From: Lingula anatina | Taxonomy: Eukaryota; Animalia; Brachiopoda | Direction of reading: 5' to 3' | Assembly (NCBI GenBank): GCA_051362555.1 | Contig: CM120644.1 | Location: 22,404,534 to 22,468,533, forward strand | DNA: 64,000 bases | In this document: piece by piece, positions 12,230-25,253 of the stretch | Layout of the letters: every line of letters begins with the position of its first letter | Position numbering within the stretch: the first letter of the stretch is position 1 | Translations under genes and position numbers: made by a program | Notes under the pieces: model-generated | Database searches by the model: none | What the model was told of the DNA's origin: nothing | The model's input: only the letters and a program-made list of their open reading frames with translations

Positions 12230-14710
12230 AGGACAATGTTCATGTAAAAATCCATTTCTCGAATTTTGAAGATACAGCACTCAATCTATACACTAGAGGT
12301 ATGTTTTAATCGATCCCCGCCATTTAAAAATTATAAAAACAATCTATTAGTAGAAAAAAAAGCGTTTTAGTAAACCTCACCTCAATATGCAAAAATGAAG
12401 CAACAGATCTGGGTCACGTGGTACTGTGACGACAATCACGATAAAGGTCTATGATTCTCTGAGCTGCATGTTGCATACAGACGGAGAAGTTAAGGAAAGT
12501 TGTGTAGAACGGAGTTGAGGAATTTTCGTTATGCCTCGGTGTGTTGCCGTGGGATTCAGCAAAATTGAAGCTCTCGTTGACAATCTTTCTTTGTCTGTGA
12601 CGGTCTTCCGTGACTTACTTACTAGCTTCGGTGACAACAGTTGCGATGCTCTAGATCATGGTCACCTCAGGTGGTTTAGATCATATCAAGAGCTGGTAGT
12701 CTTTCAGATTAACTGTCATCAGTTGGCAAACTTACTGATTGCTGATGCATTTTAAATGCATTGTAGTTGACCAAAAGCTCGTTTACAACAAACCTGTTAA
12801 TTATGCACCAATTATGCAGCAATTCCCAAGCCAGGTAATAACAGGTATGAAACTCGTCTTGGTGGGCTTTCATATTTTTCAATATATCTCATTTATTTCA
12901 TGGGGTTATTTTATTGGTATTTGTAAATTACGTTAAATATCAATACTTAAACAATTAAGTTCAAACACGGTCGCGAACATTAATAAAAGAAATTGCTCTC
13001 AGGGTATCTTGAAGCTTCCGTGGAAGAAAACGTGTTGAGGAAAAACAGGAAAAAGAGCGTTATATTAAAGAAAAAATGGGAACTGCTATAATAAAATGGT
13101 TCGTTATCCTACTTCGTTTATGCTTTGAGGATTTGTTTCTGAAGATTATTTCATCTGAAATATTAAATAATTTAAAAGATTGATCATTTTATAACTTGAA
13201 ACGCAAATTCTGCGTCAGTACGCAATTTTTTTTTTTTTTTGCAAATTTGTAAGCTTATAACACCGTGCTATTATAAAGATCTACTCAAGAAAAAAATTTG
13301 CTTGGGTAAAATTGAGTACGGAATGAACTGGAGACACTTGGCTTGTCATTAAGTTTACACGAAAATATGTCAGGTAACTTTATACTGTCTTTGAAAGAGT
13401 AAAGATTGAAAGATAATTTTAGACAAACTTTGACGGGGAAAATACCTACAAAGAGTAATGGGCTATTTCGCCAACATCTTGTTGAAAATTTTACACTGCA
13501 ATTCTATTCAAATAAGCTAAGGAACTAATTGCCAAATTAATACTCTCATCACATAACAGGGGGGTAACCAGACCTGCAAAAATTGTACGCACATATTTAA
13601 AAAGATTACAAGCACATACAGCAAAATGTAGACTTACGCAAAACATGAAGGACAGCGTACCGTAATCACAGCAAATGTACCTCATATAGTAGCTTAATTT
13701 CCATTAATAATAAAATCATCATTTAAGTCAAAAATATTCTTGTGATTTAATAACTATTTTAATTTACCCAGAACGGTATATTTATTTTAAAGGCGATTAA
13801 CTGAAATATAGTTTTATGATTTGTTTGTGAAAATTGCCCATGTCACCCTATTAGTTTGGAGGTCTAAGCTGGATCAAGTCCGTGTTAAAATTCCTATGAA
13901 GTTGTGCAGGAAAATTTCTTCCTTTCTTTCTCTAGCTCCTCGATAAACCTGGTGTTCAGATTTTATCTAGTACCCCCAGGTCTACGGGAGCTGCGCTTTG
14001 TAACTAACGCACAGGTAGATTTTTACCTGAGATAACTGGAGTAAAGCTAAGATAGAGAGTGCGTTCGATACAAGCAAGACAAATTGAATGCCATTTAACC
14101 CTCTAATTAAGAGGTAAAGGAAGTTCCAGTTAGATGGATGATTAAGATAGGACTTGTCAAGGTAACGGGCATTGTTTACCTCAGTTTAATAAAAGTATGC
14201 AAGACGGAGTGTCAGCGGTTTAATAAAATAAATTGAATTTCACAAATAACATGGACCTCATATGCAATAATCAACATTTCCCTTAACTCATTCAAATGCA
14301 GTGTTTTATACAACTTGGGATAACCATAATGAAATGCTTGTTAAAGAAATGACTAGACGGGAAATGGTTTTACACAGCTTCACGAGGATTTAGACCCCTC
14401 GGGTAAGAGATTTGAATGAGTATAAACTTTTATCAGAAGCCAGATAGAGAAGTCATCTTACAGGTAGACAATGCAGCTCAGTTTGACAGCTAAGCACGCT
14501 CTGTTCTCCAGTGGCTCGATTGTCGTCATTGGACCACGTGACCACGTAGCTCATTAACTCCCAGGCCGAGCAAATAGGACGTTTTTTAAAGCCAAAAATT
14601 TACAAAATGAGCTTTTAATTTGTGTGTTTGGATTAAGATATCGTTAGTTGGGCATGTTTTCTGAAGAATATGTTCCGTTCAGGCCATTCTGACGGCATGA
14701 AGCAAACCCT
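12230..14710. mobile_element. Probable decayed Kolobok-like DNA transposon
   Basis: TTAA flanks (12226-12229, 14711-14714); AGG...CCT termini with imperfect TIR; inverted subterminal GGTCACGTGG/CCACGTGACC; THAP-like start MPRCVAVGFSK at 12531. Confidence 0.45.
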
Positions 14711-14937
14711 TTAAATATCGGCACAAAGGTAAGTGGTTAAGATTTTATAAATCGTACATTAAATTGGAATGAAGAAAAATTTTATTAAATAAATCTTTAA
14801 GGTTATAATGTGTGACAGTCATAGTAAACTACAGTAAAGTGCGGAGAAAATTGGAATTATTCCTAATGTAGTCCGTTAGCTACTTCGCAACACCTCGCAA
14901 CAGCTGGGAGAACGGGTTTTATCTACTATTTCTTACC

Positions 14938-17900
14938 TTATCCTGTGAATAGTCCGGGTCCGCCGGTCGCTGGCGCAGTACCAGGCCCACCAATAGCATT
15001 TAATATCTGGGCAAGAATAGCCGGAGTCAAAGCTGAAAATAAATGTATTATTTTAATAATTTAACAATTAAAATTGTGCTGAGAGATTTTCTTTCCCATA
15101 GTGAATCTAACGTTGCTCCATTTTTCGTTCGTATTCCGGACTTCTAAACGAATTAGGTTTTCGGGCCTCTTATTTGTGAACACGAACACTCAAGTTACTG
15201 ACTCAAACCGCGATTTCATGACACTAACGTAAAATTAGTGATTACGAGCAATGCGTTAAAAACCACGAACCATTAATCTGCTTAACTGGTCAATTGCACC
15301 TTGTGATACGTCGAAGAACTCTGCGATGGAATAATTGAAAATCCAATGATATCAGAAATATCCAGTCTTGTTTCATATCAAAAATGCACCAATATTTCCA
15401 AATATTTCTTACCTTGTCCACCTGCAGCCGCCCCAGGGGTTCCAGCGCCAACAGCCGCCCCAGGGGTTCCAGCGCCAACAGCCGCACCAGGGGCTCCAAC
15501 GCCAAGGGCTGCCAACAACTGCAAAAAGGCAGCCTGACTCAAACCTGGAAGTAATTATAGTGTTAACTGTAATGCAAAAGTATCTTTCCCAAAAAACGAA
15601 TCTATGTATTTATTTGTTCTTTCGTTGTTTATTATTTCATTAATTGTTCTTTTTTATTACATGAGGAAAGAGAGAAAAAATTGGGGGAAGTTCTGGAATG
15701 AGAAAAGATAGGGGCATTAACAATCTGTTAACACGCAGTATGGTTGAAAAAAAAAAAAAAAAAAAAAACTGTACGTAGTTAGCCAGAGACCCGATGGAAG
15801 CTGGCCAAGTCCTTTGGGTAATCAAACGCTGGGCTTGTGGCAACTATTACGCTGGGATACTTACTTCGTGGCAGAAGTACTAATTAGTGTATTTATGCTC
15901 CCAAATCTAAAGTTCAAACGACAGCTATCGTTTATGATGCCTGACTTTATCGCGTGTAACATGTAGAACTACAACAATTCATTGGTCAGTTTGACCATGG
16001 GATACGTTTGGAAACTCTGCAAGGCAATAGTTGAATGTTGAATATACAACGGTCGCAATAATCCCACGTCTTGTTTCACATCAAAAAGACACCAATTTCC
16101 AAAAATGTCCTACCTTGTCCACCTGCAGCGGCCCCAGGGGTCCCAGCGCCAACAGCCGCCCCAGGGGCCCCACCGCCAAGGGCTGCCAACAACTGCGCCA
16201 AAGTTAAACCTGGAAATAATGATATTGTTAAAAGTATAGTACATTCGATTCCCCCCAAAAAGTGAACAGAGGTATTTTTGCGTTATTCTGTGCTTTTTTA
16301 AAATAAATCATTCGCATTTATATCGCGGCGGAAGAACGAAAAATATGGGGAACCTTCCAAAATGAGAAATACAGTGCCGCCGGAAAGTAACCTTATAAAA
16401 AGCTGCATGGACTCCCAACCCTCCGCCGTATGGTCGAACGAGTAGAGTGATCAAAATAGAGCGAAGCCACCGCGGACGGTCACTTATTTGTGATCATGCT
16501 AAGCTTCGATCTTTATCTCAGCGTGCTGGGGTTAGGCTCTTTTGGTAGCGGAAACTAAGACACGATTTAATTCAATTTATTAAACCTTTGAGCCCTACGG
16601 CTAATCAGAATATAAAACAGAGACAATATAAAGTTATATCTACTCAACTATCATTACTACAACACCTACTACTGATACAAATGATAATAATAATGATAAT
16701 AATAATAATTCATCGGACTGACATTAATCTTAGTTCCGATGCACATTTCCGGTATTTTCCTAAGTTTTTTAATTGTAAGACATTGTTAAGTGATAGTAAT
16801 TTAATTAATTTAAAGACACTTAGCTTTGTATAATAAAATTTCTTAGAATATTTCTGCCTAATCGTACGATTGTTACGAGCAATGCGATAAAACCACGAAC
16901 CATTAATCTGCTTAACTGGTCAATTGCACCTTGTGATACGTTGAAGAACTCTGCGATGGAATAATTGAAAATCCAATGATATCAGAAATATCCAGTCTTG
17001 TTTCATATCAAAAATGCATCAATATCCAAATATTTCTTACCTTGTCCACCTGCAGCCGCCCCAGTGGTACCAGGACCAACAGCCGCCCCAGGGGTACCAG
17101 CGCCAACAGCCGCACCAGGGGCTCCAACGCCAAGGGCTGCCAACAACTGCAAAAAGGCAGCCTGACTCAAACCTGGAAGTAATTTTAGTGTTAAATGTAA
17201 AGTATTAAATGTAAACTTTCCCAAGTATCTTTCTCAAAAAACGAATCTATGTATTTATTCGTTCTTTCGTTTTTATTATTTCATTAATTGTTCTAATTTA
17301 TAACGTGAGGAAAGAGAAAAAATTGGGGGAAGTTCCGGAATGAGAAAAGATAGGGCATTAACAATCTGTTAACACGCAGTAAGTAGTCAGCCAGAGACCC
17401 GACGGAAGCTGGCCAAGTCCTTTGGGTAATCAAACGCTGGGCTTGTGGCAACTATTTCGCTGGGATACTTACTTCGTGGCAGGAGTACTAATTAGTGTAT
17501 TTATGCTCCCAAATCTAAAGTTTAAACGGCAGTTATCGTTTATGATGCCTGACTTTATCGCGTGTAACATGTAGTACTACAACAATTCATTGGTCAGTTT
17601 GACCATGGGATACGTTTGGAAACTCTGCAAGGCAATAGTTGAATGTTGAATATACAACGGTCGCAATAATCCCACGTCTTGTTTCACATCAAAAAGACAC
17701 CAATTTCCAAAAATGTCCTACCTTGTCCACCTGCAGCGGCCCCAGGGGTCCCAGCGCCAACAGCCGCCCCAGGGGCCCCACCGCCAAGGGCTGCCAACAA
17801 CTGCGCCAAAGTTAAACCTGGAAATAATGATATTGTTAAAAGTATAGTACATTCGATTCCCCCCAAAAAGTGAACAGAGGTATTTTTGCGTTATTCTGTG

Positions 17901-20210
17901 CTTTTTTAAAATAAATCATTCGCATTTATATCGCGGCGGAAGAACGAAAATTATGGGGCACCTTCCAAAATGAGAATTACAGTGCCGCCGGAAAGTAACC
18001 TTATAAAAAGCTGCATGGACTCCCAACCCTCCGCCGTATGGTCGAACGAGTAGAGTGATCAAAGTAGAGCGAAGCCACCGCGGACGGTCACTTATTTGTG
18101 ATCATGCTAAGCTTCGATCTTTATCTCAGCGTGCTGGGGTTAGGCTCTTTTGGTAGCAGAAACTAAGACACGATTTAATTCAATTTATTAAACCTTTGAG
18201 CCCTACGGCTAATCAGAATATAAAACAGAGACAATATTGAGTAGATATAACTTTATATTACTACAACACCTACTACTGATACAAATGATAATAATAATGA
18301 TAATAATAATAATTCATCGGACTGACATTAATCTTAGTTCCGATGCGCATTTCCGGCATTTTCCTAAGTTTTTTAATTGTGAGACATTGTTAAGTGATAG
18401 TAATTTAATTAATTTAAAGACACTTAGCTTTGTATAATAAAATTTCTTAGAATATTTCTGCCTAATCGTACGATTGTTACCCTACGGCGCAAGGCGTAGT
18501 ATTATTGTTAACGGAAACCAAAGAGCGCATGGATGACAATGTTATATCCATAGTTACTGCGCCAGGCCGTCGGGATCATTTCTAGTTTCTTGCACGAACT
18601 ATTTTATTTCCAATAAAAGATGTTTGCTAAAAGAGTGCAGTATGAATAGAAACGGCATCTGAAAGCTGGCCTCTTTATGCATTTTCACAAAATATGATTT
18701 TGACTTCTTTTCAAATCAATTCAAAGCAAAAAGGCGCTGCTGGGATGTGAAATAGTCAAATATAATTAATTATTTTATGCAGTGATAACACGTGTGACAT
18801 TAAATACTACAATAATTCAGTGGTCAATTTGACCATAAGATACATGTACATGTAAGTTTGAGGATTCTGCGAGGTAATAGTTGAAAATACAATGCTTGCT
18901 GGAATCTCTCGTCTTGTTTCGCAACAAAAAGGCACCAATCTCCAAAAAATTCTTACCTTGTCCACCTGCAGCCGCCCCAGGGGTCCCAGCGCCAACAGCT
19001 GCTCCGGGGGCAGCACCGCCAAACAATTGCGCTAAGAGAGCGGGGGGCAAACCTGGAAATGATGATAATGTTAAATGTAATGCAAACTTCTCCCCCCTCC
19101 ACGTTTTTATGCTGCTTTTTATACCACCATATGCATACATGTTGGCCCTAGTTGCACCCCGTGACCTCGGCCCTGTACCCCCCACCTCCACCCCCATCCC
19201 AACCCCGCCGTCCCTAGCCTGGTCTACTATTTCTGTTATAAATGGGGAAATTTTGTCAAAAGATAAGCTTGCTGAGCACTTACAATTTTATCAGGAGGTT
19301 TGCGCGTGCGACACTTGAGGCTAAGACCCCATTTCCATACCTAGATCGATCTAGGAGGATCGGCTCATCTCCGAGGGGATTCTCTCTAATTTACATTCAG
19401 CTTAAGCGGTCTAGATGTCTGGCACGCCTACTGAAGTTGCTAAAGGATATTTATTTACCCCCTAACAGCTTTAGTAGGCGTGCCAGACATCAGAGCTGCT
19501 TAAGGTGGGTCGATCCTGCTTGATCGATCTAGGTATGGAAACGGAGTCTTAGAATGACATTGTCGGACTGGGTCCATGTAGCAGGCTGTAAAATGTGCTG
19601 TCCTTGCTCCGAAGTGGAGCAGTGGAGCCCATCTAATAGATTTGAACAGATGAATTCACCCTTTAAAAGAGGGAAATGGGAATGGCCAAAAGGTTGCATG
19701 ACATTTCTCAACTTTTCGCCCCTTTTTGCCGGCCAGCCGGCCTGATTAATTTTTAATTTTAATTAGTTAAAACTATTCATGACTACTACCCAAGACGCCA
19801 CGCGCCATCAACTTAAAAACTAAATGCCTTTTCTCTGTGATATAAGCCGTAATAAAAAAGCGAAGTAAAAGAGGGCGATGCTTACCAGTAGCAGGAATCA
19901 CAATACCAGTTCCTCCAGGTACAGCGGGAGTTCCCCCTGCTACAGGAAAAAACGTTGGCGGAAATTGTGGCGGCGGAAAAGGTGGTGGCTGAATCTGTTG
20001 CTGCTGGAATTGTTGGAAAAGTTGTAGCAGTTGTTGTAGCAGCAGTTGTTGCTGAAGCCGCTGTTGTAACTGCAGTTGAAGTTGCTGCTGTTGCTGCTGC
20101 TGTTGCTCTTGTTGTACTTGCTGTCTCAAGGCGTTGAGCACGACGGCGGCTCCCTCGCCTTCAGTGAACACATATCCAAGGACAAACAACGCCAACCAGA
20201 TCGCCTTCAT
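14938..20210 (-). CDS. Secreted polyQ plus Gly/Ala/Pro modular structural protein, 7 coding exons, about 323 aa
   Basis: Exons 20210-19886, 19052-18957, 17817-17722, 17172-17041, 16209-16114, 15544-15413, 15032-14938(TAA); all introns GT-AG phase 1; 972 nt in frame; signal peptide MKAIWLALFVLGYVFTEGEG, Q/L tract, PPPF linker, then LAQLLAALG-GAPGAAVGAGTPGAAAGGQG modules. Confidence 0.85.
15242..18480. repeat. ~1.6-kb direct tandem duplication (15242-16872 / 16873-18480) carrying two exons per unit
   Basis: Introns and exons are near-identical between units; ttac at the junctions; exon offsets 1628 and 1608 bp. Confidence 0.92.
19325..19548. mobile_element. PIF/Harbinger-type MITE (GACCCC...GATCGATC family)
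   Basis: Long TIR gaccccatttccatacctagatcgatc / gatcgatctaggtatggaaacggagtc; TAA/TTA flanks; in intron 1 of the polyQ gene. Confidence 0.75.
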
Positions 20211-20268
20211 TGTTGACACTTTGGTCTTCCTCAGCTGGGATCTGTCTTCAGTCTGCAATACGCCTGGG

Positions 20269-20275
20269 TTTTATA
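20269..20275 (-). promoter_or_regulatory. TATA box of the polyQ/Gly-Ala gene
   Basis: TATAAAA on the minus strand about 60 bp upstream of the ATG at 20210. Confidence 0.65.
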
Positions 20276-23200
20276 GATCGCCGATCGGACGTGGGCTTTG
20301 AAATGTATCAAATTTCTTAAATGTATAACATTACGGTTTTGTGAGAGAAAACGGTTATTAGGAGTCCAATTTTGATATCTGTGTAAAGACTACAATTTGG
20401 GTACAAGTGCGGTAATTGTAACGTTCCCGAAACGGTCTGTCATGCAAGTAATATAACTGTATGTTGTCTAGTTACTATTTTATCACGCAATGTGTGAGTG
20501 TGTGTGTGTGTGTGTGTGTGTCTGACTGTGCCTGTGCGTACGTGCGTGTGCTTGAACAAGATGTATTTGATGTATTGAGATGTATTGTAATTTATTGCAA
20601 ACGTTTTATCAGGGTTTCAGAGGAAGTTGCGTTTACAAAATACGTAAATGTCGTAACCGCCATTTAAACTCCACCCTCTAATGAGGGGGTGGACCGAGAT
20701 TTGTCAAGATGAAAGATAGACGCAGGTTCAATTGCAGATAAGTAACGACTCCAGAAAGCTCTCACATCTGGCAAAGATTATTCTTATTCCGCGTCTGGCT
20801 GGTCTTCTTTCTTCTTTCTTCCCCCTCCCACTATTTTTTTTGGCAGTTCTACTTGAAATGTGCGTTTAAATTTTTTGGGATTTTTTTTTAAAGAGAGCAT
20901 TCCATATTGTTTTTAGAATCAGTATTTATGTTGTCACGGTAACCATTGCTAATTTTAAGAAGCAATTAATGTTTTCTTGTTTTGAAAGCATGTTTTTTTT
21001 TTCTTCTTGGAAGGTTTCACTTTTAATTCATAAAAGCATTTGCTGCACAATACTAGTCAATTCTTAAAAAAACATGTCTGAAAAACTCCTCTAAATTAGA
21101 AATAGACATTTTGTAAGGGGTCATCCTGGATGCCATTTTTTATTATCATTTTCACAAGTGTTCAAAGAGTGTTTTGAAACCTCCTTCAGAGAGTACAAGG
21201 TGATAAAATAAAAGAAAATGATGACATTTGACAGAAATTCGGACCATCATTTTCTATTATTTTTTTAAAAGTTCATTAAGTTCAAGAAGTTTCTTTCTCC
21301 CCGTGTAGGGTTTCTAAACAGGTAAAAATGATGCTATAAAAGGACGACCCCTAACATTACACGGAGATATGACACAGCGTCACATAATATACCGTGCTAG
21401 AGTACAAGTCATTGCAGTGGGAGATAAATACTTCAATTTCACAAATTCTAGTCTCGGGTCGATCTTGGTAGTGAGAAAGTCTCAAGGTTGGGGAGGTAAC
21501 TGGTACACCATGTTCCAGGGTCATGAAGGCTGTTCCGCTCACACGCCAAATATGACACCCATTTCAACAAGAAAGAACGCTTATCGCAGAATATTAGACT
21601 TCGAAAAAAAAAAGGTGAAATTATGATTTGATAATATGCAATTTGACAAATTACCGCACTTAAGATAAAATGTTCGGCGTGCAAAAAGGTAAAAAATGAC
21701 ATGATGTAAGTCGGTCTTTAAATCTCTTTGCAATCCGTGTGTGAAGAGCAAGCTCTTTTTAGGCAGTATCATTGACCTCCCTCATTCCAAATTTAGAAAC
21801 CAATGCTGCCCATTGATAACAATGCTTTTCTATACATGTATATGTAGCAACTCTTTCCAAACTGAAACTGTGCGTCGCTCATTAAGGAACATTACTGTAT
21901 GTAAAGTACCGCGCATTTTGTGTCAACGCACAAACTACAATGGTGATTCTAGTCTTTTTTCTGACATTCCACTGCTTATACATTTATATATTTTGTTTTT
22001 CTAATCTAAAGAAAAGTATAGAATACAACATGATTGCTTTAATTTCAGGAGCGAAGAAAATGATTTTGGCTTATATCACGTTTTCAGTGTCGAGAACAAA
22101 TCTCTCACTACAGCGTTATTCTTAAGTGTATCATTTACAAAGCGTTTCACTGTTTGGAAACGGACAGAAATGCCCCCCCCCCCCCCTGCACCGAATAAAC
22201 CTACCGGTATTAGTAATAAATAAAGAATAATGATGAGTGGAACGTCATTTTGAAAGTGCATTAACCTAAATGCAATAGAATAATCCATAAGCGTTTTTCA
22301 CAGATGTTAAGTTGCCATATTTCCACTGTCACCGTGGAAAAAGAAACCATACAAATTAACACATTTTACTGGATTTGCTGTGGGGTAAATGCTCAGGTCA
22401 CAGACTCCGCTTAATTCCATAATGGCCTTTTTGGAGTAAGAGTTTTGTACTGGTAGCCACAGATACGCAACAAAAACTCGCCAAAACTTCAGCGTGTCAG
22501 ATTACTTCCATGATGTTCTATACAGTGGAACTTGTCGATGTCATAGAGAGTATTTCTGAGAAATAAAAATTAAAAGTTAAGTGCATGCCTAACCCCCGCT
22601 ATAACCAAACTTGTCTTTGGGGATAGAACGGCGTGAACTTCATGGGGTATGCTATTGTGCACCTGTATTCCATTTGATGTAGCTATACAGCGATAAGCCC
22701 CTAAAAACATTGTGACTGTTCGCACATGCGCCTCAGGTGCATCATTCAATGCAGAGGGCACTGTACAAAATACTAAAATGGCGATTTGAATTTTTTTACT
22801 ATCGTTACATTATTCATTTGCTGTGATATTCTGGAAAAAATCCGATTAGAAGATGAACAAAAACTCATCTGTGATTTTCTGTGTCACCTCAAGCATTGTA
22901 TTAGCCGTGACACATTGTTTTTTTTTGCAATGGGAAAATATTTACCATGGTTCAAAAATACGATCAAAAAGATAAATCATCTGTTACGAAGTTATATTTA
23001 ATACTGAAGGTACTAAATTTTGACGTAAATTACAGCAGTTAAGTGAAGCTCTGTAGTCAGATAGTTATAAAAACTTAATGTCAGCAAAAACAATCATCAA
23101 ATTTTTCCATATCACTTGGAACATTTGTTGATAAATGCAAGATTAAAATCCGTGGAAGAAATGTCAGATAGAATGTCACAATGTTAGAATTGCAGGAATG

Positions 23201-24141
23201 CATTCACAGATTACGTCACTGGGACGTCACAACTTTTCTAAAACGTCATCGTTTCTTGTGGTGAGGTCATCGTAAAGCAGTTATCTGCGAAGCATCAGTT
23301 ATCCGTCTGAAATGAAAATAGAAAATCGTTTTACATCAGTATTATTATTTGCTACTGGCAGCTATTAGGCTGATTATAGACACAAGCGGAAAAAGGATTA
23401 GTAAACCTTTGCTTGCCTGTTCCTCAATATCCTAAACAAAATTCTCCACCAAGTCTTTGAAACAAGTAGCAATCTTATGGTGATGAGGTATGCAACACCT
23501 CTAAATATGAGTTCTCGCATGGTTTGTAGATTTACTGTTTAATATAATTGGTAAAATCTAAATATCATTTTAATAAAACCTGCATAGCATATGGTCTTCA
23601 AAGTCTGTCTTTAAAAGTTGTGAAAGGTGAAGTTAAGAAGAAAATGACAAAAATACAAATTACACAGTTTATCCGTTAAATTCAAATTCGATACATAATA
23701 TACATAATACATACTCTGCATGTACAAATCGCTTGAATGGAGGAGTATATAAATGTGGGATTTGTTTTAAAGTAAAAATGATCAGTGTTAAAAAGATAAT
23801 TCTGACTGAATAAAATACTAATTTGAAAGACCTTTTTTGTTTTTAGCTGATATTTACACGTCTGGTAGACTAGATTCATACGGGTATTTTTTCATGAAAC
23901 ATAATTCATCATGTCTTGATCTTGCCATTTATTTATCCACTTTATTTATTTTTTCTTCATTTTTTTCTGCCATGTTCACTATAAATTGTCAATGCATAAC
24001 TGCTACATAGGAATGGAATATTTATTTCACGTTTTTTAAAATTATTTTGGAAAAGCCATGTTCTTGGAAGTTAGATAATATCTGTCACACCAAATCTAGT
24101 GTCTCGTGTACCGATACTGATAGAAAAACCCACCTTACACT

Positions 24142-24429
24142 TTAACCATAAAATCCACCAAGCTTTCCAAAACCGAATCCACCAAATCCTCGGCCAAATC
24201 CGCCAAATCCACCAAACTTTCCGAATCCACCAAATCCTCGGCCAAATCCCCCGAACCCTCCAAATCCACCAAATCCTCGGCCAAATCCCCCAAATCCTCC
24301 AAATCCTCCAAATCCACCGAAACCACCGACTCCACCGAATTTACCACCAAAACCAATGGGTAACGCCTGTGTCACGTGCACAGTTGCCATGGCAACAATC
24401 ACAAGAAGGACGACGATTTTCACCATCAT
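24142..24429 (-). CDS. Secreted GGF-repeat Gly/Phe-rich basic protein (95 aa)
   Basis: Signal peptide MMVKIVVLLVIVAMATVHVTQA, then (GGF)n with GRGF/GKF interruptions, ending GGFYG; TATA upstream. Confidence 0.88.
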   Translation of the reverse strand: MMVKIVVLLVIVAMATVHVTQALPIGFGGKFGGVGGFGGFGGFGGFGGFGRGFGGFGGFGGFGRGFGGFGKFGGFGGFGRGFGGFGFGKLGGFYG

Positions 24430-24522
24430 GTTTTTGAAGCTTTTTCTGGTGACAGTGGACGTCGTTTGATGCAAGCAGCGATTTAGACGGCTACAGACCC
24501 TAGAGCACTGCTAGCTGCCCAG

Positions 24523-24529
24523 TTATATA
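24523..24529 (-). promoter_or_regulatory. TATA box of the GGF-repeat gene
   Basis: TATATAA on the minus strand about 95 bp upstream of the ATG. Confidence 0.6.
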
Positions 24530-25218
24530 GCACACCAAGCGTGACCAAGGGTCATCTCGAGTGACCAAGGGGTACTCGCGCAGCCACGATATTTAAGATA
24601 AAACGACTGTTAAGTAAGCTTCGTGTGAGGAAAATTCCATCTCAGTCGAAATGGACATAATTACAGGGTTCAATTTTGATATGGATAATATGATAATGTG
24701 TTTGTTTTATAAAATAAAAAGTTATCTACACCCAAGCAGTGAAATGCTTCGTTAGTTTGCTGCCGTCGCGGACTTACTCTTCTGTTTTGACCGTTGACCG
24801 TTAGAAATAGCTGCGTGTAATTAATACATTGTCCTCTTTTCAATAAAAATGGTCATTGTCAGATGCCTCATTTTGGCTGCAGCTTTGGTTTTGACTCTCA
24901 ATCTGTCGATATCAACTTTACGTAACTGTCTGTATGTCGTCACAGGGAGCTGAGGGGTGGGGGGGGGGCGGAGGTCCTACCCCTGTTACAAAAACGAAAA
25001 CGACGAATTCAGTCTTTCATCTAAACCAGAGAAATGCCTGATCAGAATAAAAAGCAAAGTCACGAAAATTACCTAAATAATTCCCATATTTGCGGTGAGG
25101 TACTCTGAAGTCGTTATCGTCATCTTTTCTCAAGGGATCGAATTTACGACAGGATTTCAGCTCCAATTTTGGTCTGAACTTTTGTTAGTCCAAAATTTGT
25201 TCTCTGCCAGTTCAAAAA

Positions 25219-25253
<35 letters not shown>

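Noticed and set aside
15346-19318. Plus-strand PPAAAPGVPAPT ORFs
   Set aside because: Antisense to the modular exons; splice signals and phase support only the minus strand
24099-24437. Plus-strand QIHQILG-repeat ORF and the overlapping minus-strand DLEDL frame
   Set aside because: Antisense and shifted shadows of the GGF gene, which has the TATA box and signal peptide
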